Positions 1 to 9,692 of a stretch of 33,448 nt of DNA are shown one piece after another. The stretch lies in contig JBHLON010000034.1 of assembly GCA_048940445.1 (NCBI GenBank), positions 1 to 33,448 on the forward strand, in the 5' to 3' direction. Under the pieces are notes generated by a model. It was not told the DNA's origin. It made no database searches and saw only the letters and a program-made list of their open reading frames with translations. This DNA comes from Promethearchaeota archaeon. Its GTDB lineage: Archaea; Asgardarchaeota; Lokiarchaeia; Sigyniarchaeales; SOKP01. The stretch's first letter is position 1. Each line of letters starts with the position of its first letter. The position numbers and the translations under genes were made by a program.

Positions 1-35
1 AATTTTTTCTTCAATTTTATTTTTATACCAAATTT

Positions 36-998
36 TTAAAAATCAGAATTTCCTAAATATTTTTTTAAATTTTCAAAATCATTTCCCGTTAGCGTATCCA
101 TGACACCTGAAAATACTTCATTAGTTTTATTGTGTGTGATTGCCATTAAAACAGATCCATTGCTCACTTCTCTAACAAGGATATAATTACTTTCACTTTC
201 ATATATGATTGTGGTCAGTTCTAAGGGAGTTACGGAAGTACTCATAAGTTCCATGATTTTAGTAAAAATTTGGTATATATTCGAATCAAGAGTTCCAATT
301 TCAAATTTCATAAATTGGAGAGGTTTTGTTTCGATTTTTCCTAGTGTAGAAGCAATAAGTAAACCATCTGGTTGATTGAACAAAAGATACTCTGAGAAAG
401 TATTAACCTTAAGTTGATCTAACAAATGTCTTATTTTTCCTAGTTTCTGTAAAGCAAGTGTATTTTTCTGGATCTCATAATCTAATATTTCTATTAAACG
501 GTGCTGAGCAGTTCCCTCTTTTACGGAGACAGGAGTGAAAGCCAACTTTACTTTTAAATCATCTGATACTCCTTTAATTAATAAATTATAGAGTTCATCT
601 TCTTTTGAATCTTGAAGATCAATTTTATTCAATAACGCATAAACTGTCTCTATTTGAGGGCTAAATTCAAAAATATAAGTCAGAAACTTATCAAAAATCT
701 CTTTTATACGAGGTTCAATAACAGTAGCTTCAGCCATAAATACTGCTGTAGTAACTTCGGAAAATATAAGTTCTCGCTGTGTTTCGGAAAAATATCTCTC
801 TATGTAGCGTTCTTGACCACCAGCGTCCCATACATTTAATTCCATTATTCCACGGAAGATGAAATTTTCTCTTGAGATACCTTTCGTTGGTTTAAGGTTC
901 AAAACTTTCATGAAATTGTATCCCAAACATGTAGTTCTCATTAAGCTTGTTTTACCTGCATTTTGAGGCCCGAAAAGGAGTATCTTAATCTTTATCAA
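36..998 (-). CDS. Rag/Gtr1-like small GTPase with C-terminal roadblock-type domain
   Basis: G1 GPQNAGKTS, G2 KPT, G3 WDAGGQ followed by YIERYFSETQRELIFSEV (resembles RagA/Gtr1 WDCGGQ..F.ENYF..QR..IF.NV), and G4 NKID. The C-terminal ~130 aa (EYLLFNQPDGLLIAS...YILVREV...LMAI) has a roadblock-like pattern. TTG start. Confidence 0.85.
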   Translation of the reverse strand: MIKIKILLFGPQNAGKTSLMRTTCLGYNFMKVLNLKPTKGISRENFIFRGIMELNVWDAGGQERYIERYFSETQRELIFSEVTTAVFMAEATVIEPRIKEIFDKFLTYIFEFSPQIETVYALLNKIDLQDSKEDELYNLLIKGVSDDLKVKLAFTPVSVKEGTAQHRLIEILDYEIQKNTLALQKLGKIRHLLDQLKVNTFSEYLLFNQPDGLLIASTLGKIETKPLQFMKFEIGTLDSNIYQIFTKIMELMSTSVTPLELTTIIYESESNYILVREVSNGSVLMAITHNKTNEVFSGVMDTLTGNDFENLKKYLGNSDF

Positions 999-1269
999 CT
1001 CGTATAGATAATTGGTTTACTTTAGTAAGATAAAATGTTATAAACTATCCTTCTGAAAGAGATGTTTTTTTTATAAAATTTACTTTATAATATATTTGTT
1101 ATAAATTATGATTTATTTAATTTTTTCTAATTATTATAAGATTAATTGAAAATTGATGAGAAGATTGTATTTGGACGATTCAATTAAATATCACTTTTAA
1201 TTACATTTATTAGTATAAACATTAATAATACTAAAAATGGATTTTAATTAAAAATCAAGGTAAAAATTA

Positions 1270-1797
1270 ATGGATTTAGAAAGATATATCAGAAATGTCC
1301 CTGATTGGCCTAAATCTGGGATTCAGTTTAAAGACGTTACAACATTATGTAAGGCTAATACTGCTTTCAAAGAATCATGTGATCGAATAATAAATCATTA
1401 TAAAGGCATGGGAATTGATAAAGTTGCAGCTATAGAAGCCAGGGGTTATGTTTGGGGGGGAGTTATCGCCTATCAATTAGATGCCGGTTTTGTTTTAATA
1501 AGAAAGCCAGGAAAATTACCTTATAAAACAATTAGTGAGACTTATGAGCTTGAATATGGCACAGACACTATTGAAATGCATATCGATGCTATTGAAAAAG
1601 GAGAAAAGGTTTTACTGTTTGATGACTTACTAGCAACAGGAGGTACAGCAAAAGCAGCGTGTAATTTGATCGAAAAATCTGGTGGGTCAGTAATAGGGAT
1701 TGCATTTATAATTGAGCTTACAGGAAGTTTACATGGTCGAGATTTAATCCAAGATTATGATATATTGTCTTTAATAAAAATACCAGTAGAAGAATAA
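1270..1797 (+). CDS. apt: Adenine phosphoribosyltransferase
   Basis: IRNVPDWPKSGIQFKDVT, AIEARG, RKPGKLP, YELEYG, and the PRPP-binding motif LLFDDLLATGGT. Confidence 0.97.
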   Translation: MDLERYIRNVPDWPKSGIQFKDVTTLCKANTAFKESCDRIINHYKGMGIDKVAAIEARGYVWGGVIAYQLDAGFVLIRKPGKLPYKTISETYELEYGTDTIEMHIDAIEKGEKVLLFDDLLATGGTAKAACNLIEKSGGSVIGIAFIIELTGSLHGRDLIQDYDILSLIKIPVEE

Positions 1798-1940
1798 TAT
1801 AAATTAAAATCATAAGCTCCTACTTTTTTAGATGAAAAACCACTCATTTTTTACCCGATATAATATAAGGCTGAAAATTTAAATAATTCTCACTACTTTA
1901 TACTCACAATATTAAATTCAATACATAAAAAGGTGTAGAT

Positions 1941-3041
1941 CTAACGAAAGAAAAAACTGAAAACATTAAGAAGACACCACTTTACGATACTCATGTTAAA
2001 TTTGGCGCAAGATTCGTTGAATTTGCTGGTTACTATATGCCAGTACAATTTGAGAGCATTATAAAAGAGCATAAAGCTGTCCGTTCAAATGCGGGTGTAT
2101 TTGATATCTCACATATGGGAGAATTTTTACTAGAAGGTAAGGATGTAATCCCATTTCTCCAATATATTATGATTAATGACTTAAACTTACTTGAGCCATC
2201 TAAAGGGCAATATTCAATCATGTGTTATGAAAATGGAACCGTTGTAGATGATTTAGTATATTATGAAGAAAATCCAGAAAAATTTAGAATGATTGTCAAT
2301 GCTGGGAATATAGAGAAGGATTTTGAATGGTTAAATAAGCATATAGGAACTCAGGACGTTAAAGTAACTAATCTCTCTAATCTACGTTGTCGATTGGCAT
2401 TTCAAGGGCCGAATTCAGATGAGCTCCTACACTCCTTAATCGATATAGATTTATCAAAAGTTAATCGATTTTACTTTGCTCATTGTAAATTAAAAAACAT
2501 CCCCATTTTTCTTGCTAGAACAGGATATACAGGAGAGAAGGGTGTTGAAATGTCGTTTAATAATGAATATGCAGAAGAGATCTGGAATATTTTACTCGAT
2601 ACAGGGGCTAGCCCGGTGGGTTTAGGTGCAAGAGATTCCCTAAGATTAGAAGCATGTTATTCACTTTATGGGCATGAAATAAGTGATACTATAACTCCAA
2701 TAGAGGCAGGACTTAATTGGCTTGTCAAACCCAAGCCAGGAATTGAATATATTGGTAAAGATCTTTTACTCCAACAAAAATCTCAAGGCACCGAAAGGAC
2801 CTTAGTAGGGCTAAACTTATTAGATCGTGGTATAATAAGAGAGGGTTATAAATTATTAATAGATAGTCAAGAAATTGGGTATGTGACTTCAGGAGGATTT
2901 TCACCAACTCTGGATAAAACTATTGGTTTAGGACTAGTGAAAATTACTTACAGCGAAGTTGGTACTGAACTGGAGATTGAAATTCGTGGAAAATTATTAA
3001 AAGGGGTAATTGTATCTATACCATTTTTTCGAAATATATAA
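1941..3041 (+). CDS. gcvT: Glycine cleavage system T protein (aminomethyltransferase); true start lies upstream of the called ATG at 2037 and is non-canonical, exact position uncertain
   Basis: FDISHMG, ARTGYTGEKGVE, GLGARDSLRLEA and GYVTSG motifs. The same frame upstream of 2037 reads IKKTPLYDTHVKFGARFVEFAGYY-MP, the conserved GcvT N-terminus, back to a TAA at 1926-1928. Confidence 0.95.
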   Translation, partial: LTKEKTENIKKTPLYDTHVKFGARFVEFAGYYMPVQFESIIKEHKAVRSNAGVFDISHMGEFLLEGKDVIPFLQYIMINDLNLLEPSKGQYSIMCYENGTVVDDLVYYEENPEKFRMIVNAGNIEKDFEWLNKHIGTQDVKVTNLSNLRCRLAFQGPNSDELLHSLIDIDLSKVNRFYFAHCKLKNIPIFLARTGYTGEKGVEMSFNNEYAEEIWNILLDTGASPVGLGARDSLRLEACYSLYGHEISDTITPIEAGLNWLVKPKPGIEYIGKDLLLQQKSQGTERTLVGLNLLDRGIIREGYKLLIDSQEIGYVTSGGFSPTLDKTIGLGLVKITYSEVGTELEIEIRGKLLKGVIVSIPFFRNI

Positions 3042-3050
3042 TATTAGGAC

Positions 3051-3455
3051 GTGAAAAGAATGGAATATGAATTTCCTGTTGATTTAAAGTATACTAAGAC
3101 TCATGAATGGGTCAAATTAGAAAATAAACAAGCTACTGTTGGAATTACAGACTATGCACAACATCAATTGGGGGATGTCGTCTTTATTGAGTTACCTGAT
3201 AAAGGTATTATCATTAAAAGAGAAGAAATAATCGGAGAGATCGAATCTGTTAAGGCTGTAGGAGATTTAATTATGCCTTTATCTGGAGAAATTTTAGCGA
3301 TAAATCAAAATCTAATTGAGAATCCTGAACTCCTCAATACTTCACCTTTTAAAGAAGGTTGGATAGTAAAAATAAAATATTCCATGTCTGATGAAATAAA
3401 CAATTTACTATCTGTTGATGAGTATAAAGCATTAGTTAAAAGTGAAGAGAAATAA
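3051..3455 (+). CDS. gcvH: Glycine cleavage system H protein (start GTG 3051 or ATG 3060)
   Basis: KYTKTHEWV, VGITDYAQHQLGDVVF, lipoyl-lysine motif EIESVKAV, and SPFKEGW. Confidence 0.97.
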   Translation: MKRMEYEFPVDLKYTKTHEWVKLENKQATVGITDYAQHQLGDVVFIELPDKGIIIKREEIIGEIESVKAVGDLIMPLSGEILAINQNLIENPELLNTSPFKEGWIVKIKYSMSDEINNLLSVDEYKALVKSEEK

Positions 3456-3510
3456 CTTTTTCTTATTCAAATAATTCATTTTTTTATTAAAATATAAGAG
3501 ACGTTAAATA

Positions 3511-4851
3511 ATGGATTTTATACCTCATAATGAAGATATCATTAAAGAAATGCTTAATACCATAGGAGTAAGTAGTTTAGATGATTTATTTCAAGATATC
3601 CCCATGGACTTGAAGATTAAAAAGTTAAATTTACCATCAGGTTTAGCAGAACCCGATTTATTGAGTCATTTAATAAACCTATCATCACAAAATAAGGTAT
3701 ATTCTAATAGCTTTTTGGGAGCAGGGTGTTATTACCATTATATTCCATCACTTGTTGACTTTGTGATTCAACGATCAGAATTCTATACTTCTTATACCCC
3801 CTATCAAGCTGAAGCAAGTCAAGGATTCTTGCAAGCCATTTACGAATACCAAACAATAATATCGAGATTGACTCAGATGGATATAGTTAATGCTAGCATG
3901 TATGACGGTTCAACTGCTCTGGCAGAGGCAGCGTTAATGGCTACAAATGTTAGTGGAAAAAGCTTAATTTTATTATTAGAAGGAATTCACCCCGAATATA
4001 TTGATGTAGTTAAAACATATTGCTGGGGACAAGGAATTGAATATAGAATCATTAAGGAAGAAAACTTAGAAAAGGAGATTACAGCGGATGTAGCAGCACT
4101 ATTATTTCAGAGTCCCAGCTTTTTTGGCGAAATTGAAGATATTAAGAAGTTGGTGGAAAAAGTGCGTAAAAAATCAGAGAAAGCTTTGGTTGTCCAACTG
4201 ATGACTGATCCTACCTGTTTGGGTATATTAAAATCACCTGGAGAATTAGATATCGATATATTTGTAGCTGAAGGTCAGAGTTTTGGCCTAGCTCCTTCTT
4301 TTGGAGGTCCTGGATTAGGTATTTTCGCAACTAAAGAAAAATTCATGCGAAAAGTACCTGGTAGGTTAGTTGGGAAAACAAAAGAAATACATGGAGAAAA
4401 AATTGGTTTTATATTAACTCTTCAGGCTCGTGAGCAACATATACGAAGAGAAAAAGCGACTTCAAATATTTGTACAAATCAAGCTTTATGTTCATTAGCA
4501 GCATTAATTTACCTTTTATCGTTAGGTAGAACAGGTTTAAAGGAAATTGCTCAACAAAACTTTCAAAAAGCTTACTTTCTTAAAAGCGAGATTGAAAAAA
4601 TACCTGGTTATGAGGTTCTAAATAAAAAATCTACATATAATGAATTCTTGTTGAAATGTCCAGACATTAAAGTGTTAATTAATAAATGTAAAAAGAGAGA
4701 TCTGCTTCCACCATTAGATCTATCAATATATTATCCAGAATTAAACAATACTGCGTTAGTTTGTGTTACAGAGGCCTGCTCTAGAGAAGCAATAAATAAA
4801 TTCATTGATGCAGCAAAAAAATGTAATGAAAAGAGAGAAGAGGTATTTTGA
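3511..4851 (+). CDS. gcvPA: Glycine dehydrogenase (decarboxylating) subunit 1
   Basis: FLGAGCYYHYIP, EFYTSYTPYQAEASQG, NASMYDGSTALAEA, LTLQAREQHIRREKATSNICTNQAL. Confidence 0.97.
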   Translation: MDFIPHNEDIIKEMLNTIGVSSLDDLFQDIPMDLKIKKLNLPSGLAEPDLLSHLINLSSQNKVYSNSFLGAGCYYHYIPSLVDFVIQRSEFYTSYTPYQAEASQGFLQAIYEYQTIISRLTQMDIVNASMYDGSTALAEAALMATNVSGKSLILLLEGIHPEYIDVVKTYCWGQGIEYRIIKEENLEKEITADVAALLFQSPSFFGEIEDIKKLVEKVRKKSEKALVVQLMTDPTCLGILKSPGELDIDIFVAEGQSFGLAPSFGGPGLGIFATKEKFMRKVPGRLVGKTKEIHGEKIGFILTLQAREQHIRREKATSNICTNQALCSLAALIYLLSLGRTGLKEIAQQNFQKAYFLKSEIEKIPGYEVLNKKSTYNEFLLKCPDIKVLINKCKKRDLLPPLDLSIYYPELNNTALVCVTEACSREAINKFIDAAKKCNEKREEVF

Positions 4852-4852
4852 A

Positions 4853-6289
4853 ATGAAGAGAGATGATATTTTAATTTTTGATATAAATGTAGAAAATCCT
4901 CATAAAAATTTCGTCCCTGAATTAGATATTGAAGAAATAGATATCAAGAAAATAATTCCGTTGAATTATCAAAGAACTGAATTGAATATCCCAGATATTC
5001 CTGAAATTGAAATAGTTAGACATTATATTAATTTAAGCCTTAAAAATTACGGAGTGGATAACGGGATTTATCCGTTAGGTTCTTGTACAATGAAATATAA
5101 TCCTAAAATTAATGAAATCGTGGCAAGATTACCTGGATTTTCTCAAATACACCCTCTTCAAAAAGAAAATCAAGGTGCACTAAAACTTTTAAATGAACTC
5201 TCAAATTTGCTCGGAGAGATCACAGGTATGAAAGGATTTACTTTACAGCCTGCTGCTGGTGCTCATGGTGAATTAACTGGGTTGTTGATTATAAAAAAAT
5301 ATTTTGAGAGTAAAAAGATTAAGAAAACCAAAATAATTGTACCTGATTCTGCTCATGGAACAAATCCTGCATCAGCGAAAATGGCAGGATTCTCAATTAT
5401 TGAACTAGAATCTAATAAGAATGGTGAAATACCATTAGATCAACTTAAATTTGCCATGCAAGAAGATGATGTGGCAGGAATTATGTTAACTAATCCAAAC
5501 ACTTTAGGGGTCTTTGATCGCCAAATTAAAGAAATAACAAAGATTGTGCATGAAAATGGAGGTCTTTGCTACTATGATGGAGCAAATCTAAATCCGATGT
5601 TAGGAATTTGCAGACCTAGAGATATGGGTTTTGATATTGTTCACCTAAATTTGCATAAGACGTTTTCAACTCCTCATGGAGGTGGTGGACCTGGGGCAGG
5701 ACCAGTTGGTGTAGTAGATAATCTAGTAAATTATTTGCCTGAACCATGTATTATAAAGACTAGTGAAGGAGTTATTTGTCAACTAGATAATGAAAACTCT
5801 ATAGGTAGAATAAAAGCATTTTGGGGGAATTTTAGTGTAATTATTAGAGCTTATAGCTATATTTTATCATTAGGAATGGAAGGTCTCAAACGGGTTGGTC
5901 AAATTTCAGTTTTAAATGCCAACTACTTAAGAGTTTTATTACAAGAAAAATATAAACTTCCTTATAACCGAATATGTCAACATGAATTTGTATTATCAGA
6001 TCAAGGTATTCCAAATGATGTGACAACGGAAGATATCGCTAAAAGAATTCTAGATTTTGGAATTTATGCTCCTACAGTGTACTTTCCTCTTATAATTAAT
6101 GGAGCTATAATGATTGAACCTACAGAGACAGAATCAAAAAGATCCCTTGATAATTTCGTCAAAATCATGTATAAAATAAATGAAGAAACATACAAAAATC
6201 CAGAATTAGTAAAAAGTTCACCACACAATACTCCTATTGGGCGTTTAGATGCAGTGATTGCGGCAAGAAAACCTGTATTGCACGATTAA
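4853..6289 (+). CDS. gcvPB: Glycine dehydrogenase (decarboxylating) subunit 2; probable start ATG 4853 just after the gcvPA stop
   Basis: YPLGSCTMKYNP, QPAAGAHGE, PDSAHGTNPASA, PLP-lysine motif HLNLHKTFSTPHGGGGPG, and MIEPTETES. Confidence 0.97.
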   Translation: MKRDDILIFDINVENPHKNFVPELDIEEIDIKKIIPLNYQRTELNIPDIPEIEIVRHYINLSLKNYGVDNGIYPLGSCTMKYNPKINEIVARLPGFSQIHPLQKENQGALKLLNELSNLLGEITGMKGFTLQPAAGAHGELTGLLIIKKYFESKKIKKTKIIVPDSAHGTNPASAKMAGFSIIELESNKNGEIPLDQLKFAMQEDDVAGIMLTNPNTLGVFDRQIKEITKIVHENGGLCYYDGANLNPMLGICRPRDMGFDIVHLNLHKTFSTPHGGGGPGAGPVGVVDNLVNYLPEPCIIKTSEGVICQLDNENSIGRIKAFWGNFSVIIRAYSYILSLGMEGLKRVGQISVLNANYLRVLLQEKYKLPYNRICQHEFVLSDQGIPNDVTTEDIAKRILDFGIYAPTVYFPLIINGAIMIEPTETESKRSLDNFVKIMYKINEETYKNPELVKSSPHNTPIGRLDAVIAARKPVLHD

Positions 6290-6310
6290 CTTTTTATATT
6301 TAAAAATATT

Positions 6311-7309
6311 TCAAACTTTCTCCAACTCTGGTGGAATATAACCATAGGTATTAAAGAATCTTTTCCTAATTTGATTAATATTGAAATTTTGAGTTTGAGC
6401 CCCACTAGTTTCAATAACAAAAGATCCTATTATAGAACCTAATCTACAAGCATCTAAAATGGTCATATTTAAAATTAATCCACTCAATATTCCTGCTCGA
6501 TAACCATCTCCCGCTCCAGTAGTATCTTCAATCTTTTCTGGAATTGCTATTGGAATATTCACTTTAAAAATCTTACCTCTATTATCTTTATAAATTAATT
6601 CTGAGCCTTCTGAACCTTTAGTAGTTATTATCGCGTTAACAAAGTCCATTATATGATCTTCATTCAATTCCGTTTTCTTTTTTATTTGCTCTATTTCATG
6701 TATATTTCCAATTATAATCACTGATTTTTTGATAGTATTAATCAACGTTTCTTTAGGGAAAAGAGGAGTCACCTGACCTGGATCTAAGATTGTGGGGATT
6801 TTTAAATCAAATAATTGCTCTGCAAAATTACTCATTGCTTCAACGCTCTGCGTAGAATTAATTGCATAAGCGAATTCTTCAGGATTCTCAATTTTTTCTC
6901 TTAATTTAATATCCTTACATTTTTCTAAAGCTCCTCCGTGGAATACAATCATTTGATTTGATTTAATGTCATTTACGATATAACAAGCAGCAGTAAATAA
7001 ATCATGATATTCATCAATAGAGAGTTCAATATTTTTAAATTGCATAATATGATTTTTGTATCCCAAACTCTCAAAATCTCTTCCTACTGATCCTACTAAT
7101 ATTACCTTCCCAATATTTAAGAGTCCTAAATTATAAGCAATATTCCCTGCAGTTCCACCAAAGTGTAAACTACGGCTATCAGCAGTAATGGTGCTTTGAT
7201 ATACTTCCTTTTCGTGATCAATTGATACGGCATTAATGAAATTTTCTTTAAAACTCATAATGTAATCAAATGCTAATGATCCAAGAATTAGAACTTTAGT
7301 TTTTGCCAT
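6311..7309 (-). CDS. PfkB/ribokinase-family kinase, probably a nucleoside (adenosine) kinase
   Basis: GSLAFDYIM, FGGTAGNIAYNL, DPGQ, ITTKGSEGS, and the PfkB signature DTTGAGDGYRAG. The N-terminus resembles prokaryotic adenosine/nucleoside kinases. Confidence 0.88.
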   Translation of the reverse strand: MAKTKVLILGSLAFDYIMSFKENFINAVSIDHEKEVYQSTITADSRSLHFGGTAGNIAYNLGLLNIGKVILVGSVGRDFESLGYKNHIMQFKNIELSIDEYHDLFTAACYIVNDIKSNQMIVFHGGALEKCKDIKLREKIENPEEFAYAINSTQSVEAMSNFAEQLFDLKIPTILDPGQVTPLFPKETLINTIKKSVIIIGNIHEIEQIKKKTELNEDHIMDFVNAIITTKGSEGSELIYKDNRGKIFKVNIPIAIPEKIEDTTGAGDGYRAGILSGLILNMTILDACRLGSIIGSFVIETSGAQTQNFNINQIRKRFFNTYGYIPPELEKV

Positions 7310-7475
7310 AAAATTTCAAATTTATAGGTAATAATATATATATTTAATGCATTCTATATTAAAATCTTATTTAGAATAAATAGGGATCCTTATTTTTTTT
7401 AAAGTAAATTATATTAAAATTAAAATTTTCAAATATATAATAATCTAAATTATAATCTCTAATTAATGATATAAT

Positions 7476-8225
7476 ATGGTTAAAATAGGAATTATTGGAG
7501 GTTCAGGATTAGATAATCCAGATATCTTAAAGGATGCTTGGGATTTAGAAGTTAATACCCCTTATGGCAAACCAAGCTCACCTTTAAAGCTTGGAAAAAT
7601 TCATGGTGTAGAAGTAGTTCTTTTAGCTAGGCATGGTAGAGAGCATACTATTCCTCCAACCCAAGTAAATTATAGAGCAAACATACAAGCATTAAAAGAT
7701 CAAGGTTGTACTCACATTTTAGCTACAACAGCATGTGGAAGTTTAAGAGAAGAGATTGGCAGAGGAGATTTTGTTATTATTGATCAATTTATTGATTTCA
7801 CTCGTTTGCGTAAAGTTAGTTTTTTTGAGGAATTTCCTCCCCATGAGCCTAAACATGTCACGATGGCTTATCCATATTCTGATGATCTAAGAAGGATTTT
7901 AATAAATACTGCTAAAGAATTAAATCTAAAATATCATGAAAAGGGGACAGTGGTGACAATTGAAGGACCCAGATTTTCCACTAGAGCAGAGTCAGAAATG
8001 TTTAGGATATGGGGTGCTGATGTTATAAATATGAGTATAGCTCCAGAAACAATTTTAGCAAATGAAGCAGGTATCCCTTATGCTGCTATCGCAATGTCTA
8101 CTGATTATGATTGTTGGAAAGATGATGAGACTCCTGTAACTTGGGAAGAAATCCTTGAGATTTTTGGTAGAAATGTGAATAATGTCATCTCCTTATTGAT
8201 TAATGCAATAAAGAAAATCAAGTAA
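7476..8225 (+). CDS. mtnP: S-methyl-5'-thioadenosine phosphorylase
   Basis: IGIIGGSG, TPYGKPS, LARHGREHTIPP, NYRANIQAL, ACGSLRE, IEGPRFSTRAES, NMS..PE..LA.EA, STDYDCW. Confidence 0.95.
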   Translation: MVKIGIIGGSGLDNPDILKDAWDLEVNTPYGKPSSPLKLGKIHGVEVVLLARHGREHTIPPTQVNYRANIQALKDQGCTHILATTACGSLREEIGRGDFVIIDQFIDFTRLRKVSFFEEFPPHEPKHVTMAYPYSDDLRRILINTAKELNLKYHEKGTVVTIEGPRFSTRAESEMFRIWGADVINMSIAPETILANEAGIPYAAIAMSTDYDCWKDDETPVTWEEILEIFGRNVNNVISLLINAIKKIK

Positions 8226-8382
8226 TCTCTCTTAATTAATTTTTTAACTTTTTGAACATTTTTAAATAAATCACTTTGAGTAATTCCTCTTGATTATAAA
8301 GAAAAAATTGATAACTCTTGTAAGTTTCAAATTAATATTACTATCGTTAATTTAATTAAGAACATAACAGTTAACAATACAA

Positions 8383-9684
8383 ATGGTAAAAATTTCATTT
8401 TTAGGAGGATGCAGAGAAGTAGGACGTTCTGCAATCGTAATTGAATCGGCTAATGGTGAACAATGTGTTTTAGATTATGGTGTAAGATTTACAGAAACTG
8501 AACGTTTACCATATGATTTAGATTTAAGTAATCTTAAAGCGATAGCATTAACCCATTGTCATATTGATCATTCTGGAGGTTTGCCTTACCTCTTTAAGAC
8601 ATTTAATGGTCCTCTTTTTACTAATCCACTAACATTAAGAATCACTGAGATTCTCTTGAAGGATATGATAAAGATCTCAAAATATCCATATCCTTTTGGA
8701 TATAGAGAAATAGAAAAATTAAGGCAAAATACTCATTTCTTAGAGAATGAAACTAGAAAAAAGATTGGAGAAGATTTCTATATTACTTTTTATAATGCGG
8801 GCCACATTCCTGGGAGCGTTTCAGTTTTAGTTGAAGTCGATAAAAAGAAACTACTTTATACTGGAGATATAAATTTGATCAATACTAACTTGATCTATCC
8901 AGCAGAAACTTCGATTAATACAAGAATCGATGCAATAATAACTGAATCAACTTACGCTTTAAAGGAACATCCTCCAAGAAATGAACTTGAAAAGAAATTT
9001 ATAGAAAAAATATTAAATGTGAATGAAAATGGAGGTCGAGTACTAATACCTGCCTTTGGGGTTGCTAGATCTCAAGAAATTCTACTCATTTTGAATAAAT
9101 ATAAATTAAGTAACCAAATTTATATGGATGGGCTAGCAAGGAAAGTTGGAGTGACATACTCCAACTTTCCATCAGCTTTTAGAAACTTTAGCTATTATAA
9201 AAAATCATTAAAGAAAGTTAAATTTGTATCGGAAAAAAATAGGAGAAAAATAGGAAAAAAATCAAGTTCAATCATAATTTCACCTTCTGGTATGTTGAAA
9301 GGTGGAGCTGCAATTGATTATCTCAAACAAATATTAGATGATCCTTATTCGGCGATATATTTGGTTGGATATCAAGTTGAAGGAACTCCTGGAAGAAAGT
9401 TATTAGATGAGAAAATTTTCGAGTATCAATATAATAATTTAAAAAATAATAAGTATAAAATAGTAAAAAAAGCAGACTGTATAATTGATTATTATGATTT
9501 CTCGAGTCATGCTGATGGGATTCATTTATTGAAATATCTTTATCAACAGAAATTTAATAATAACTCTAAATATGTTTTCTGTGTGCATGGAGACGATAAA
9601 GCAACAACCTCCTTTGCTAGAGACTTGGCTAATGAAGGCTTTAATTCAGTTGCTCCTGAAACAGGAGAAGTATATAAAGTTTAG
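8383..9684 (+). CDS. MBL-fold beta-CASP ribonuclease (aCPSF2-like, no KH domains)
   Basis: FLGGCREVGRS, THCHIDHSG (HxHxDH), AGHIPGS, YTGD, ESTY, IPAFGVARSQE, SGMLKGG, GYQVEGTPGR, FSSHAD, VHGD. Confidence 0.92.
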   Translation: MVKISFLGGCREVGRSAIVIESANGEQCVLDYGVRFTETERLPYDLDLSNLKAIALTHCHIDHSGGLPYLFKTFNGPLFTNPLTLRITEILLKDMIKISKYPYPFGYREIEKLRQNTHFLENETRKKIGEDFYITFYNAGHIPGSVSVLVEVDKKKLLYTGDINLINTNLIYPAETSINTRIDAIITESTYALKEHPPRNELEKKFIEKILNVNENGGRVLIPAFGVARSQEILLILNKYKLSNQIYMDGLARKVGVTYSNFPSAFRNFSYYKKSLKKVKFVSEKNRRKIGKKSSSIIISPSGMLKGGAAIDYLKQILDDPYSAIYLVGYQVEGTPGRKLLDEKIFEYQYNNLKNNKYKIVKKADCIIDYYDFSSHADGIHLLKYLYQQKFNNNSKYVFCVHGDDKATTSFARDLANEGFNSVAPETGEVYKV

Positions 9685-9692
9685 TTGCTAAC

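Noticed and set aside
1084-1105. Inverted repeat TTTATAA-N8-TTATAAA between the Rag-like gene and apt
   Set aside because: It is composed of A/T only in an extremely AT-rich spacer, so it is likely chance or simply divergent TATA boxes.
4805-4852. Called gcvPB start at 4805 overlapping gcvPA
   Set aside because: ATG 4853 follows the gcvPA stop and a GAGGT SD-like motif; the extra 16 residues are not GcvPB-like.
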